From a virus (Duplodnaviria > Caudoviricetes): a DNA stretch of 52,673 nucleotides. Within the stretch, counting starts at the first letter, position 1, and each line of letters opens with the position of its first letter. Below are positions 35,147 through 44,304 of the stretch, piece by piece. Below the pieces are notes generated by a model. The model did not search any database. It was not told where the DNA came from and worked only from the letters and a program-made list of their open reading frames with translations. The translations under genes and the position numbers were made by a program. The stretch is from the IMG/VR virus record IMGVR_UViG_3300036715_001331, positions 1 through 52,673 of that record; one strand, written 5' to 3'.

Positions 35147-35622
35147 CACCCTCTCCTGCTGAGGCCGAACGCGTAGTAGAGGTACCCGTTGGCGTAGGCG
35201 CCGGTCCGGCTCTTCTCGCGCACCTCGTAGGTGGCCCCGCTGGACTCCCCGGGAATCACCGGCTGAATCACCACGGTGGTCCGGATCGTCTCGAGGTCGT
35301 CGAAGGCCACCCCGATGTCCATAAAGTCCTGGACGGCGCACTTGATCGTTACGTCGCACTTCTCCCGGAGGCCGACCTTCTCGAGCTGCTTGCTCGTCGG
35401 GTTGTAGGAAATGGTGGCGGCGTTGACGTTGAACGGGAAGACCCCAGTGGGGACCGCTCGGCTGGCGATGCTGTTGTACAGGTCGCGGGTGACCTCGCTT
35501 TCCTTTCGCTGGTTGAACGTGACCGGATTTCCATACTCGGCCGTCATGGCCTGCGCGTCTTGGAGCGCCTGGAGGAATTCCGAAGCGACACCGCTGGCCG
35601 ACACCGGGTGCTGGGTGTTCAT
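35146..35622 (-). CDS. Head closure / stopper-like protein
   Basis: Position after the adaptor; EYGNPVTF. Confidence 0.55.
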   Translation of the reverse strand: MNTQHPVSASGVASEFLQALQDAQAMTAEYGNPVTFNQRKESEVTRDLYNSIASRAVPTGVFPFNVNAATISYNPTSKQLEKVGLREKCDVTIKCAVQDFMDIGVAFDDLETIRTTVVIQPVIPGESSGATYEVREKSRTGAYANGYLYYAFGLSRRG

Positions 35623-36485
35623 CCCATCGCTCCGGTCATGTATCCGCGCAGGTCCGCCATGGCCTCACGGGTGAGCCGGCGCCGTTCGTGGGTGTACTTT
35701 CCGCTCTTCCCGAAACTGCGCGAGTAGCCTTCTCCGGAAAGGTCCCCGCCTCCGGTTTTGCTCGCTGCGGAAGCGAGGGCCTGCTCGGCTACCAGGGCGC
35801 AGATGGCCTGGTTCACGTCGGCCGGGATGGTGGCGTACCCGTACTGGTAGATCACCTGGATGTTCCTGGTCCCGCGGTAGAAAATCGGGATGTAGCTCGA
35901 GTCGTTGAAGTTGCTCTTCGCCTTGAGGATTCCCTCGGCCTGCATCAGCAGGATGGCGCTGGGCGTTAGGTAGTAGAGGTTGCTGTTGACGTTGGTGTAG
36001 CTGATGGATAGGAGCGAAACCACCGGGCGCCGGCGGAGCATCAGAACGGCCTCGCCTGTCCCGTCGTAGAACTCGGTCACGGTCTGGATGCCTTGGAAGT
36101 TCTGTTTCGTGACCCGGTTCACCCACGGGATGACGGTGGAGTCCCGGCACTGGATGAGCCATTCGTCGCTCTTCACGCTGTAGTACCAGACGGTCAGGGC
36201 CTGCGGGCCAGGGCCGGTCGTGGGTGTGTCGAGCACGATGGTGCCGTTGCTGAGGCCCGGGTCGCTCGGGGTCAGGATGGAGGCCACCCTGGTGCCCTGA
36301 GCGATGTTGGTTCCGGTCACCATCATGTACGGCCGGATGCCTTTGGTGCTGACTCCTGAAACGTTGACGCCTCCGCTGGTGAAGGCGCCGGACGGCAGAG
36401 AGAGGGAGGCCTGGGCGTCGAATCCGTATCCTTCGATCCTGGCCCGGATGTCATCAGGGGTCGGTATGCCCAGGCTCATGCCCAT
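35619..36485 (-). CDS. Head-tail adaptor protein
   Basis: TEFYDGTG, LRRRPVVS, NIQVIYQYGYATIPADVNQA, EGYSRSF. Confidence 0.8.
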   Translation of the reverse strand: MGMSLGIPTPDDIRARIEGYGFDAQASLSLPSGAFTSGGVNVSGVSTKGIRPYMMVTGTNIAQGTRVASILTPSDPGLSNGTIVLDTPTTGPGPQALTVWYYSVKSDEWLIQCRDSTVIPWVNRVTKQNFQGIQTVTEFYDGTGEAVLMLRRRPVVSLLSISYTNVNSNLYYLTPSAILLMQAEGILKAKSNFNDSSYIPIFYRGTRNIQVIYQYGYATIPADVNQAICALVAEQALASAASKTGGGDLSGEGYSRSFGKSGKYTHERRRLTREAMADLRGYMTGAMG

Positions 36486-36488
36486 CGG

Positions 36489-36980
36489 TTACTCCTCGTA
36501 GCAGTCAAGGTCAAACGTGTAATTTCCGGACGCCAGCAGGTTCAGAGTCAGCAGGTAGACCGTATTCGGCTTCAGGATGGTTTCGGCTCCGCTCTGAAGG
36601 CCAGCCTGAGCCCACCCGATCGGATTGACCGGGACGGAGTCTGAAGCTACCACCGCACCTCCGGTTCCACCCGTGACGCCTTTCAGGCCCGAGGTCAACA
36701 GGCCTTTGAGCGCCTGCATCCGGTTGTAGGGCTGGATCGCCATGGCAGCTCCACCTCCCCATCCGGTTGGCGCTTCGGTGATCGTCATCAGCCCGCCAGT
36801 CGAAATCGAAATCCTCCGCATGATGTGGAGGGGCTTCGCTCCCACGGTCAGGAGGTACAGGACCGGTCCGGCTACGGCCTGGCCTGAATCTCCATAGGTG
36901 AAGAGCAGGCCGGACTGAACGAGGAACCGGCTGTACTCCATTTCCGTGGAGGAGTTGTTGGGGGCTTGCTTGGCTCCCAT
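36489..36980 (-). CDS. Hypothetical structural-region protein
   Basis: ILKPNTVYLLTL; beta-sandwich-like composition. Confidence 0.65.
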   Translation of the reverse strand: MGAKQAPNNSSTEMEYSRFLVQSGLLFTYGDSGQAVAGPVLYLLTVGAKPLHIMRRISISTGGLMTITEAPTGWGGGAAMAIQPYNRMQALKGLLTSGLKGVTGGTGGAVVASDSVPVNPIGWAQAGLQSGAETILKPNTVYLLTLNLLASGNYTFDLDCYEE

Positions 36981-36983
36981 GGC

Positions 36984-37493
36984 CTACAGCCTCTTCACGT
37001 AGACAAACACGGTCCGCTTGGCAGCGGTGGCGCCGCCGGCGTCGACCAGGTTGAGGGGGTTGGCAGCGTAGGCAGCCGGGTTGGACAGGGGAAGGAACTG
37101 GCTCTGCGCGGGGTCGATGGTGCCCGCCCTGGTGATGGCGTTGAGCGAGGCCGAGATGATGGCATCGGAGACGGCCGTGGCGCCCTTTTTCAGCTGGACG
37201 GTGCTGGAGGCGACGGCCGTCTCGGTTCGGACCACCACGTCGACGACTTCGAAGTCGAAGAGCAGGTCCGGCCTGGCGCCGGCGACGGCTCCCTGTCCCG
37301 CGGGCAGGTATGCGGCAAGGCTGGGGAGGGGAAGCTGGGTGATCACACCGGCGGTGCCGGCGGGAATGGGAACCTTGAACACCATGAGGCCCCACTGGGC
37401 CTCTTCGACGATCCGGGATCCGAGTCCTTCGATCTGGGTCCAGGGCTCCTGGGCGTTGATCATGTCGGCGTCAGCGGGAAGGGCGGTTTTCAT
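36984..37493 (-). CDS. Putative capsid decoration protein
   Basis: Small A/V/G-rich beta protein downstream of the capsid gene. Confidence 0.5.
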   Translation of the reverse strand: MKTALPADADMINAQEPWTQIEGLGSRIVEEAQWGLMVFKVPIPAGTAGVITQLPLPSLAAYLPAGQGAVAGARPDLLFDFEVVDVVVRTETAVASSTVQLKKGATAVSDAIISASLNAITRAGTIDPAQSQFLPLSNPAAYAANPLNLVDAGGATAAKRTVFVYVKRL

Positions 37494-37885
37494 TTCTCTT
37501 GCTCCTTGAGGCGGTCAAGCTCGGCCTGCCACCGTGGTTCATTCTGGACGAAGGGGACGTCGTTCACAAGCCGAAATCCCTTAGCTTTCAAGGCCTCGCA
37601 GACAGCCGGGTCGGTCGTGCTGTACTGGCCCATGTCGGGCTTCAGGGCCACCCGCTGGCCGTCTGGCAATTCGACGACGAACTTTGACCTGACCGGGTCC
37701 CCTTCGGTGGAGTCCGGATGGACAAAGACCCAGGTCTTCGGGTCCACGGGGTTTTCGACCTCGCGTACCCTCGTCCTGGGCTTCGGCTGGAAAAGATTCC
37801 TGACGGCGTCGACCGGCGAATCGAAGGAGGGAATGGGCGCTTGCGCTGCCCGCCGTTCCGCCAGTTGAGAGGCCGTCAGGACCAT
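37490..37885 (-). CDS. Hypothetical protein
   Basis: Directly after the capsid gene; coupled. Confidence 0.65.
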   Translation of the reverse strand: MVLTASQLAERRAAQAPIPSFDSPVDAVRNLFQPKPRTRVREVENPVDPKTWVFVHPDSTEGDPVRSKFVVELPDGQRVALKPDMGQYSTTDPAVCEALKAKGFRLVNDVPFVQNEPRWQAELDRLKEQEK

Positions 37886-37888
37886 TTG

Positions 37889-39394
37889 CTAACTCACCCG
37901 CAGGCCGATGTTCACGACGCTGGTGGCTTCCCAGCTGTCGATCATCGTCAGGTACGACTTGATCAGGAACGGCAGGTTGTCGTCGGTCTTGGCCAGGGGC
38001 TCCAGGCTGACCAGGCCGTTGAACCGGGAGCCGGCGGCGTTGGTGTAGGCCACCTTGCCGAGGCCCTGGATTTCGTCGAGGTCCCACAGGATGATCCGCT
38101 CGGGGGGCGAGGCCTGGCCGGCCGGCTGGTAGAGGGGCACGTCGCTCTGGAGCACCGTGGGCACCGTGGCCGTCAGCGAGGGAACCACACCACCGCCGGA
38201 AGCGGTGCCGGCGGGCGCCGTGGCGTTGATCAAGGAGATGGTCGGGTTAGCAACCGAGGGATCGGTGCTGAACTGGACCGAGATCACCTTGTCCGCAGGG
38301 GTGCCGTTCACGTCGTAAAGCTGGCCGGGCAGGACGCAGACGAGCTTCTCGCCCAGGGAACCGGCGGCGGAAAGCTTGGACGCGTAGATCTTGTAGTAGA
38401 ACGGCGCACCGCCGGGACCCGCGGTCCAAGTGGCCCAGGCGAGGGTGACAACGGAGGTCGAGCCGGTAGTAACCTGCGAAACTTCGGCGCTGGCGAGTTC
38501 TTCGCCACCCCAGTCGACAACGGAGACCATGAAGTAGTAGGTGCCGGCCGCGATGGTGCCACCGATGGTGGAGGTGGTCGGGGTGACGGTGGTCATCTGG
38601 GCGGTGGGGCGCATCTGGGTGGACTGGATGATCGGGATGTCACGGTACCCCTGGAGGCGCCAACCGCCGGGAACGTCGATCACGCTCATGCCACCGGCCG
38701 ACAGGCCCTGGTTGAGGCGGACGTTGGTCAGCATCCGGCTGATCTTCGACAGCATCTGGGGGCTCATGATGAAAGCCTTTCTGTGGGCCGCGCCCTGGCG
38801 CAGAAGGTTCTTGTCGATCATGTCGTCGAGAAATGCGAGGTCGGTCGGGACAATGCCACCGATCACGTTGACGGTCCGGTTGCTCTGGATGAGCAGGTCG
38901 AGCCCGGGGAAGGTGAGGGCGTCGGCGTTGTCGTTGCCCCACATCAGCAGGGTAACCAAGTCGTAGACGTGGGCCTGGACGTGGTTCTCCATTTCGATGG
39001 CGGATGCGTCGACGTAGTTCTTGCTGGCGTCCTGCAGGAAGTTGGTCACCGCGCCTTTGCGACGGATGACCTTCAGGATGCGCCCGGTCCGGACGTAGGT
39101 CGAACGGAGGGTGGGGGTAACGGCGCCTTCACCCATCTGCCCGGCAGCGGCGGGGAGCGCGGTGAGCCGGTTGAACTCGTGGTAGGTCTGGGCGTCGTAT
39201 TTGGGGGTGATCAGGGCGATCTCGGGCGCGAGCCTGACGATCGTGTTGGTGATCAGCTTTTCGAGATGCTGGGGAACCAGGGGTCCCGCTGCGCCGTTGC
39301 CGGCTCCACTGGTAAGCAGAGCCTTCTGGACCAGCGACTGAATCGCGCCCTTCTGGATCTGCATATTCGGGTTTCCGAAGTTGCTACCGTACAT
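37889..39394 (-). CDS. Major capsid protein with inserted Ig-like domain
   Basis: PLVPQHLEKLIT, GEG, LMWGN..AL.FPGL, FIMSP; insertion GTYYFMVSVVD...YKIYAS; position after protease and scaffold; strong RBS. Confidence 0.88.
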   Translation of the reverse strand: MYGSNFGNPNMQIQKGAIQSLVQKALLTSGAGNGAAGPLVPQHLEKLITNTIVRLAPEIALITPKYDAQTYHEFNRLTALPAAAGQMGEGAVTPTLRSTYVRTGRILKVIRRKGAVTNFLQDASKNYVDASAIEMENHVQAHVYDLVTLLMWGNDNADALTFPGLDLLIQSNRTVNVIGGIVPTDLAFLDDMIDKNLLRQGAAHRKAFIMSPQMLSKISRMLTNVRLNQGLSAGGMSVIDVPGGWRLQGYRDIPIIQSTQMRPTAQMTTVTPTTSTIGGTIAAGTYYFMVSVVDWGGEELASAEVSQVTTGSTSVVTLAWATWTAGPGGAPFYYKIYASKLSAAGSLGEKLVCVLPGQLYDVNGTPADKVISVQFSTDPSVANPTISLINATAPAGTASGGGVVPSLTATVPTVLQSDVPLYQPAGQASPPERIILWDLDEIQGLGKVAYTNAAGSRFNGLVSLEPLAKTDDNLPFLIKSYLTMIDSWEATSVVNIGLRVS

Positions 39395-39414
39395 GGTGAT
39401 TTCTCCTTGTTGCT

Positions 39415-40668
39415 TTAGTTCGCGTTCCAGAGGCCGTTGCGACCGAAGAGGCCGGTGAACGCCTGCATGGACTTGTGGACGGCCTGGTTGTTTCCGGGGG
39501 CCTGTCCCTGGTCGTCGGCAAGAAGCGCGTCAAGTTCCGGGTCGCCATAGGTGCTCTGGACTCCCGGTCGGCCGGTGCCGGCAGACTTCTTGACGATCGC
39601 GTCGGCCAGCTGGTCGATGATGCTGCCGCCCTGGGTGTCCATGGGGTAGGCAGCCTGGGGGCGGGCCGACTTGGTGACGGTGCGGGGAAGCTCGGGGGGC
39701 AGGGGAGCTCCGGTGGCGGCGGCCTGGATCCCGGCCAAGACCTCGTTGAGGATCTGGGACTGCTTCTGGACGGTGGTCCGGAGCACGGTCATTTCGTGGT
39801 TCTGGATGCTCTTGGCGACCTTCTGCTGGTGCCGGCGGCCGATGGCCTCGAGCATCTTTTCGACGGCCTTCGGACTGGCTCCGGTGCTCCGGCTCAGATC
39901 ATCGATGTCGTCGATGTCGTACTGGGGCAAGTCGCCGATGATCTCGTCGGCGCTGTCGAGGCTGTCATGCCCGTTGTGCGGGGTGCCTTCGATCGCCTTG
40001 TTCACCTGAGCGAGCTCGGCCTCGAGGGCCGCCTTTCTGGCGAGGGCCTGCGACTTGAACGCCGAATACCGGCCAGGCTTGGCTCCGTCGTCCTGGATGC
40101 CAGCACCCTGCTTGGAGGCCTCGGGCATCCCCTCGTCGTCGGGGGCGCCGAAGTCGCCCTCACCCCAGTTGTCATCGCCAGACCCATTGGGCGCCGTGGC
40201 GGTGGTTTCCGGAGTGCGGGTCCTCATGCCATCCACTCCGATCATGGTCGAGCCTTTGTAGACTCCGTTGCGCAGGTTCATGTTGGGTTCCTCCCCTTCA
40301 AAGTAGAATTCTTCGGCCGTGCTTTTGGCCGCATTGGGTCCGCCGTTGCGGAATTTGCCCGCGGTGCGGGGGTCCGGGGCTTCATCGCCGTCCGGCTCGT
40401 TTTTGGGATCGTAACCTTCCTCTTTGGGGGGTTCGTCTCCGCTTTGGGCGTCCTGGTAGCCCTGGTCGACGACGTCGCCGTCGTCGTACCCGGGGGCCTG
40501 GTCCATCTGAGCGTCCTGGCCCGGGGCGAAGGCATCGAGGCCCTGTCCCTGGGTCACGCTCGGTGACGCCCCCATCATGGTCTTGAGCTCACTGACGAGG
40601 GCCTCGACCTCACTGAGGGTCTGGAGCTCTTCAGGGCTGCCTTTGAATACCAGCGTGCTTCTCGACAC
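39415..40668 (-). CDS. Scaffold-like acidic low-complexity protein
   Basis: D/E/G/P-rich with coiled-coil segments; between protease and capsid. Confidence 0.7.
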   Translation of the reverse strand: MSRSTLVFKGSPEELQTLSEVEALVSELKTMMGASPSVTQGQGLDAFAPGQDAQMDQAPGYDDGDVVDQGYQDAQSGDEPPKEEGYDPKNEPDGDEAPDPRTAGKFRNGGPNAAKSTAEEFYFEGEEPNMNLRNGVYKGSTMIGVDGMRTRTPETTATAPNGSGDDNWGEGDFGAPDDEGMPEASKQGAGIQDDGAKPGRYSAFKSQALARKAALEAELAQVNKAIEGTPHNGHDSLDSADEIIGDLPQYDIDDIDDLSRSTGASPKAVEKMLEAIGRRHQQKVAKSIQNHEMTVLRTTVQKQSQILNEVLAGIQAAATGAPLPPELPRTVTKSARPQAAYPMDTQGGSIIDQLADAIVKKSAGTGRPGVQSTYGDPELDALLADDQGQAPGNNQAVHKSMQAFTGLFGRNGLWNAN

Positions 40669-41596
40669 GGTTTACTCCTTCCCGCCATGTACCGGCGAGG
40701 GATCGCAGTCTATCCGCCAAGCTCTGGAGCTTCAGAAGCCCCGGGCTGGGAGAATTGTCCGCATCCTCACCTGGCCCACGTGGGGTCGGAGAGTAGCTGT
40801 CTGGGTGATCGAGGATCTCTTTCTGGGCCAAGGTCGAAAACTGGCCCAAGAGATCCGCCAGCCGGGAGGGGCGCTCGCTTTCGTCTTCCGTCATGATCGT
40901 CCGGATTCCGTCGTCGAGGGCGTCCTGCAACTGGTACCAAGTCCGGAAGTGGGACTTCTGGTCTTGGCCTTCCTCCGCCGGCCGGACGCTCTTCTCGAGG
41001 GCTTTCCGGATCCGCCAGGGGGGCGTGAGGCCCAGGGCCTTGTAGACCCCGTGCGCGATACTGTCGGCGTAGGCCGGCTTGTCCACGACCACCACCCCGG
41101 TGAGGGTGACGTCGTTCATCACTCGGCGACCGTCCTGCTCCGCGGAAAGGATTCCGCCTGGCGGGACTTCGCCTTCGATCGAGAAGCCCTTTTGTCTGGG
41201 CTTCGTGTACGGGGCCAGCCCGCAGACCTGCTTCCACAGCTTGTCTGCCCGGCCAAGGGTGACCGAATCCATTCCGTCCGATTCGTCATAGAGCCGGTAC
41301 TTTGTCTTCCAGTTCCCGTCCGGGTCTATGGTTGACTCGACCAGCTTTCCGATGTCGTCGATGAAGTTGACCCCGTGGAGCCCTCCATACAACAGAATGT
41401 CCCCGCTCTCCGCTTGGCGCTGGAACGAAAGGATACACGCTTCCGTCATCCTTTCGCCGTGGCCGTCCACCTTGCTGCCCGAGGTGACGCCTTCCAGGTA
41501 CCGTTTTTTGGCACCGCCTTCCGCTTTCTCAACCGCACCCACGTTGGGCGCTGCGTTGAGGCGGAAGTGGAATTGAACCTTCACCTTGTCGCTCAT
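40631..41596 (-). CDS. Prohead maturation protease (HK97/XkdF-type)
   Basis: VDGHGERMT, H (GLHG), KGFSIEG, VVVDKPA. Confidence 0.85.
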   Translation of the reverse strand: MSDKVKVQFHFRLNAAPNVGAVEKAEGGAKKRYLEGVTSGSKVDGHGERMTEACILSFQRQAESGDILLYGGLHGVNFIDDIGKLVESTIDPDGNWKTKYRLYDESDGMDSVTLGRADKLWKQVCGLAPYTKPRQKGFSIEGEVPPGGILSAEQDGRRVMNDVTLTGVVVVDKPAYADSIAHGVYKALGLTPPWRIRKALEKSVRPAEEGQDQKSHFRTWYQLQDALDDGIRTIMTEDESERPSRLADLLGQFSTLAQKEILDHPDSYSPTPRGPGEDADNSPSPGLLKLQSLADRLRSLAGTWREGVNRVEKHAGIQRQP

Positions 41597-41605
41597 GTTC
41601 TTTCC

Positions 41606-41634
41606 TTTGTAGATCCGCCGAGACTTGCTGTCAA
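41606..41634 (-). promoter_or_regulatory. Possible sigma70-like promoter immediately upstream of the protease
   Basis: TTGACA-17 bp-TACAAA; -10 box ends 9 nt before the ATG. Confidence 0.4.
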
Positions 41635-41653
41635 GGGCGGGTCTGTGGTCGTT

Positions 41654-43138
41654 TCAGGCTTGGCGCCCGCCCGGGGCGCCTTTTTTCACGGTCAGGACGA
41701 TTCCTTTTCTGTTCAGGACGTGGTTTCGCAGGGCTGCCTTGAGCGCCTTGAGCACTTCGATCCGCTGGCCTGGCCGGTCGGCGATGATCCTCTTGAACTC
41801 GTCCATGGGGATCTCTTCCATGCTTTGGAGCACCATCCTGTCGTAGTGCGCTTCGAACCACCGGCGGGCCTCGCCCGGGCCGGCGAAGCCCAGCATAACC
41901 TTGTCTTCGTCGTAGTCCATGCTGCCGGGCTTGTACGTGTGGATGACGTAGGCGTTCGGGGATTCGGGGAAGTCGCCGATGAACACGTCGACCTCGTCGC
42001 CGTCCGTCCCGCGGGTGCCCCGGATGTACCCGTAGGGAAACAGCATCTTGGTTTTCCAGGGCTTTCCGTCCGGGTCGACGCCCTGGCGCACTCCGCCTTT
42101 GTGGTGCTCGAGGCTGATGGGCAGTCCCTGGAACTCGGTCCGGCCGGCCAGCTTGTGGTAGCCCTTCTGTACCCTCGGGTCAATCCATTCGTCGGCGAGT
42201 TTGCTGAACTCGGCCATGGACCCTCCGGTGGCGAGCAGGCGATCGTCGCTCGGGATCCCGCTGTCGGTGAACCTCCCGTCTGAATCCCGCGGGTGCTCAT
42301 CTTCCTTGAAGGCCTTGTGAACGGCGCCGGCCATCCGGTCGGTCACGAACTCGTACCTGTAGTTTACCTCGCAGTGGCAGTTGATCACCTGTTCGGGCGG
42401 GGCGCTGGGGTCGTGCGGGTGGAGCATGGCGACGTCGCCCTGGTGCCACCACGTTCCGTGGCGCTTGACCATGTTGGCGACCATGAAGCGGTCGTGAAGG
42501 CCGATGGTCCGGCCATCTTCCATGGCGTGGCCCTCGCGGGGCTCGGCGCTCAGGCCTGGCCTGTGGATCCACGTCTTGGTCATGAAGATCTTCCCGCGGT
42601 TGGCTTCGGCGAGGCTGACGGCGTACTGGTGTTTCGTGTCGCTGGCCGCCGACCGGACCTCGGTTTCGGCGATGGTACGGATGTTCGGGGGGAACTCGCC
42701 GTTTCCGCTCTGGGTGTACTCGCTGAAGAGCTCGGAGATCCGACCCTGGAACTGGTCGACCAGGGCTGGATTGACGGTCCCCCGTGCCTGGCCCCGGCTG
42801 TGCTCATGGTCGCTGGCGATGTACTCGGCCATGGTGGTCCGCAGGGCTTGGCTCAGTTTCGTGCGCATGGTGTCCGCCAGGAGGGCACCGTTGGTTGCGC
42901 CCTTGCGGATCTGCTGCTGTCGGGAAAGCTGAACCTCGATGGCCTTGGGGATCTGCAGTTGTCTCGCGGTGGACTTCTTCATCCGCCTCAGTTGCCCTCG
43001 GAAGTGCTCTTCGGACAGGGTGGCGACACGCTCCTGGACGGTGGCGTGCGTCTTGGAGACGATACCGGCCATCAAGGCCCGGTACTTTCCTCCGGTCCAT
43101 CCGAAGCGCTCCCGCAGGCGGTCGAGGCGGACTCGCAT
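41654..43138 (-). CDS. MuF-like minor head protein fused to an inorganic-pyrophosphatase-like domain
   Basis: RTIAETE, KTW, REGH, HPHDPSAPPEQVINCHC (MuF); EHPRDSDGRF; YGYIRGTRGTDGDEVDVFIG, YDEDKVMLGF (InPase-like). Confidence 0.88.
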   Translation of the reverse strand: MRVRLDRLRERFGWTGGKYRALMAGIVSKTHATVQERVATLSEEHFRGQLRRMKKSTARQLQIPKAIEVQLSRQQQIRKGATNGALLADTMRTKLSQALRTTMAEYIASDHEHSRGQARGTVNPALVDQFQGRISELFSEYTQSGNGEFPPNIRTIAETEVRSAASDTKHQYAVSLAEANRGKIFMTKTWIHRPGLSAEPREGHAMEDGRTIGLHDRFMVANMVKRHGTWWHQGDVAMLHPHDPSAPPEQVINCHCEVNYRYEFVTDRMAGAVHKAFKEDEHPRDSDGRFTDSGIPSDDRLLATGGSMAEFSKLADEWIDPRVQKGYHKLAGRTEFQGLPISLEHHKGGVRQGVDPDGKPWKTKMLFPYGYIRGTRGTDGDEVDVFIGDFPESPNAYVIHTYKPGSMDYDEDKVMLGFAGPGEARRWFEAHYDRMVLQSMEEIPMDEFKRIIADRPGQRIEVLKALKAALRNHVLNRKGIVLTVKKGAPGGRQA

Positions 43139-44082
43139 CAGAGACCTTTTTCGACCCGGAGGTTGAAGGCGGCGATGTCGGGGTCGATGGATTTGTGGAG
43201 TCGCTTGTACTTCTCCAGTTGAATGGCGGCATTTGTCTTGTTCTTCTGTCTCTGCTTTTCAGAGACTGGTCCGAGCATCATCTTCGACCTCGGGTTTTCT
43301 TCCTTTTTCCCATTCCCCGCATGGTGTCCCAGCAGCCTCTCCGGGTCGGCGCCGTGGTCGAGGGCGTATTCCTTGATCCGCTCGGGGGTGGCGTCCGGGC
43401 CGAGCTCGGCGACGTCCTTGGCGGCGTTCTTGTGGCGCTTGTCGGCTGCCTCGGGGGTATCGGCGTGCAGGTCGGGATGGATCAGCTTGTGTAGGGCTCG
43501 GCCTTTTTCCTTCGATCCGGTGAACCCGTTGTAGAACCCGGCGCCATGCTCGGGGGCGATACCGTTCTCTTCGCCGAGCTTGCGAATCTTGGCGAGCTCC
43601 GTTTTGGTCAGTCCCTCGGGTCCAGCCTGGGCCAAGTCTTTCAGCTGTCTGGCCCGGTGCATGGGAGTTCGGTCTGGGTAGGTGCTGGTCTTCTTGTGGT
43701 GCTCGTCCCACTTCTTGCTTTCGTCTTCGTTGGCTGCGTGCTCGGCCCGGAGCTTGTCGTGGGCAGAGCTTTCGCGGGGCGGAGGGGTTCCTCTGGACCT
43801 GGGCTTTTCATTCTGGCCAGTTTGAGCGAGTTCACGGGCTGAAGTTTCCCTGGCGGGTGTATCGAGCCTGGATTGTTGGGGGTGAGGTTTCGTCGTTGCG
43901 GATCCGTAGGGCCTTTCGAATTCCCCGCTGCGCCCGCCGTCGCGTTGCTTGACCCACTCCCCGCGGACCTTCCGGTAGGTGCCATCTTTTCGCTGGGAGG
44001 TGGAACCGTCAGGGCGCCCGCCCTTTTCGACCGTTCGGTTAAAGGCTTCGATATCCGGATCAATCATTCTCGACGGCATCAT
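43138..44082 (-). CDS. Hydrophilic putative internal head protein with duplicated terminal motif
   Basis: IDPDIEAFNRTVEKG at the N-terminus and IDPDIAAFNLRVEKG at the C-terminus; between portal and MuF. Confidence 0.7.
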   Translation of the reverse strand: MMPSRMIDPDIEAFNRTVEKGGRPDGSTSQRKDGTYRKVRGEWVKQRDGGRSGEFERPYGSATTKPHPQQSRLDTPARETSARELAQTGQNEKPRSRGTPPPRESSAHDKLRAEHAANEDESKKWDEHHKKTSTYPDRTPMHRARQLKDLAQAGPEGLTKTELAKIRKLGEENGIAPEHGAGFYNGFTGSKEKGRALHKLIHPDLHADTPEAADKRHKNAAKDVAELGPDATPERIKEYALDHGADPERLLGHHAGNGKKEENPRSKMMLGPVSEKQRQKNKTNAAIQLEKYKRLHKSIDPDIAAFNLRVEKGL

Positions 44083-44094
44083 GGCGCGTCCTCC

Positions 44095-44301
44095 TCAAGA
44101 ATAGGTTTGCTCTTCCGGCTCAGGGGCCAGCAGGGCGTCGACTTCTGAAACAAGCTTTTCAATGGTCCAATGCTCCCGGCCGGCCCGGGCCACCAGCTTC
44201 TGGACGTCGTTTTCGAGCGCCGAAAAGGCAGCGAGCAGGTCTTTGCTCGGCTCCTCGGCCATGTCGTCGTACTTGCCCCGGGTGAGGCGCAGGCCGTCCA
44301 T
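44095..44301 (-). CDS. Small hypothetical protein
   Basis: Fills the gap after the portal; start may be 44262. Confidence 0.55.
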   Translation of the reverse strand: MDGLRLTRGKYDDMAEEPSKDLLAAFSALENDVQKLVARAGREHWTIEKLVSEVDALLAPEPEEQTYS

Positions 44302-44304
44302 GGG

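Noticed and set aside
37718-39418. Long plus-strand ORFs (also 1172-2674, 12511-13848, 32980-34329, 45785-47383)
   Set aside because: Antisense shadows of high-GC3 minus-strand genes; no motifs or RBS, and they overlap well-supported genes completely
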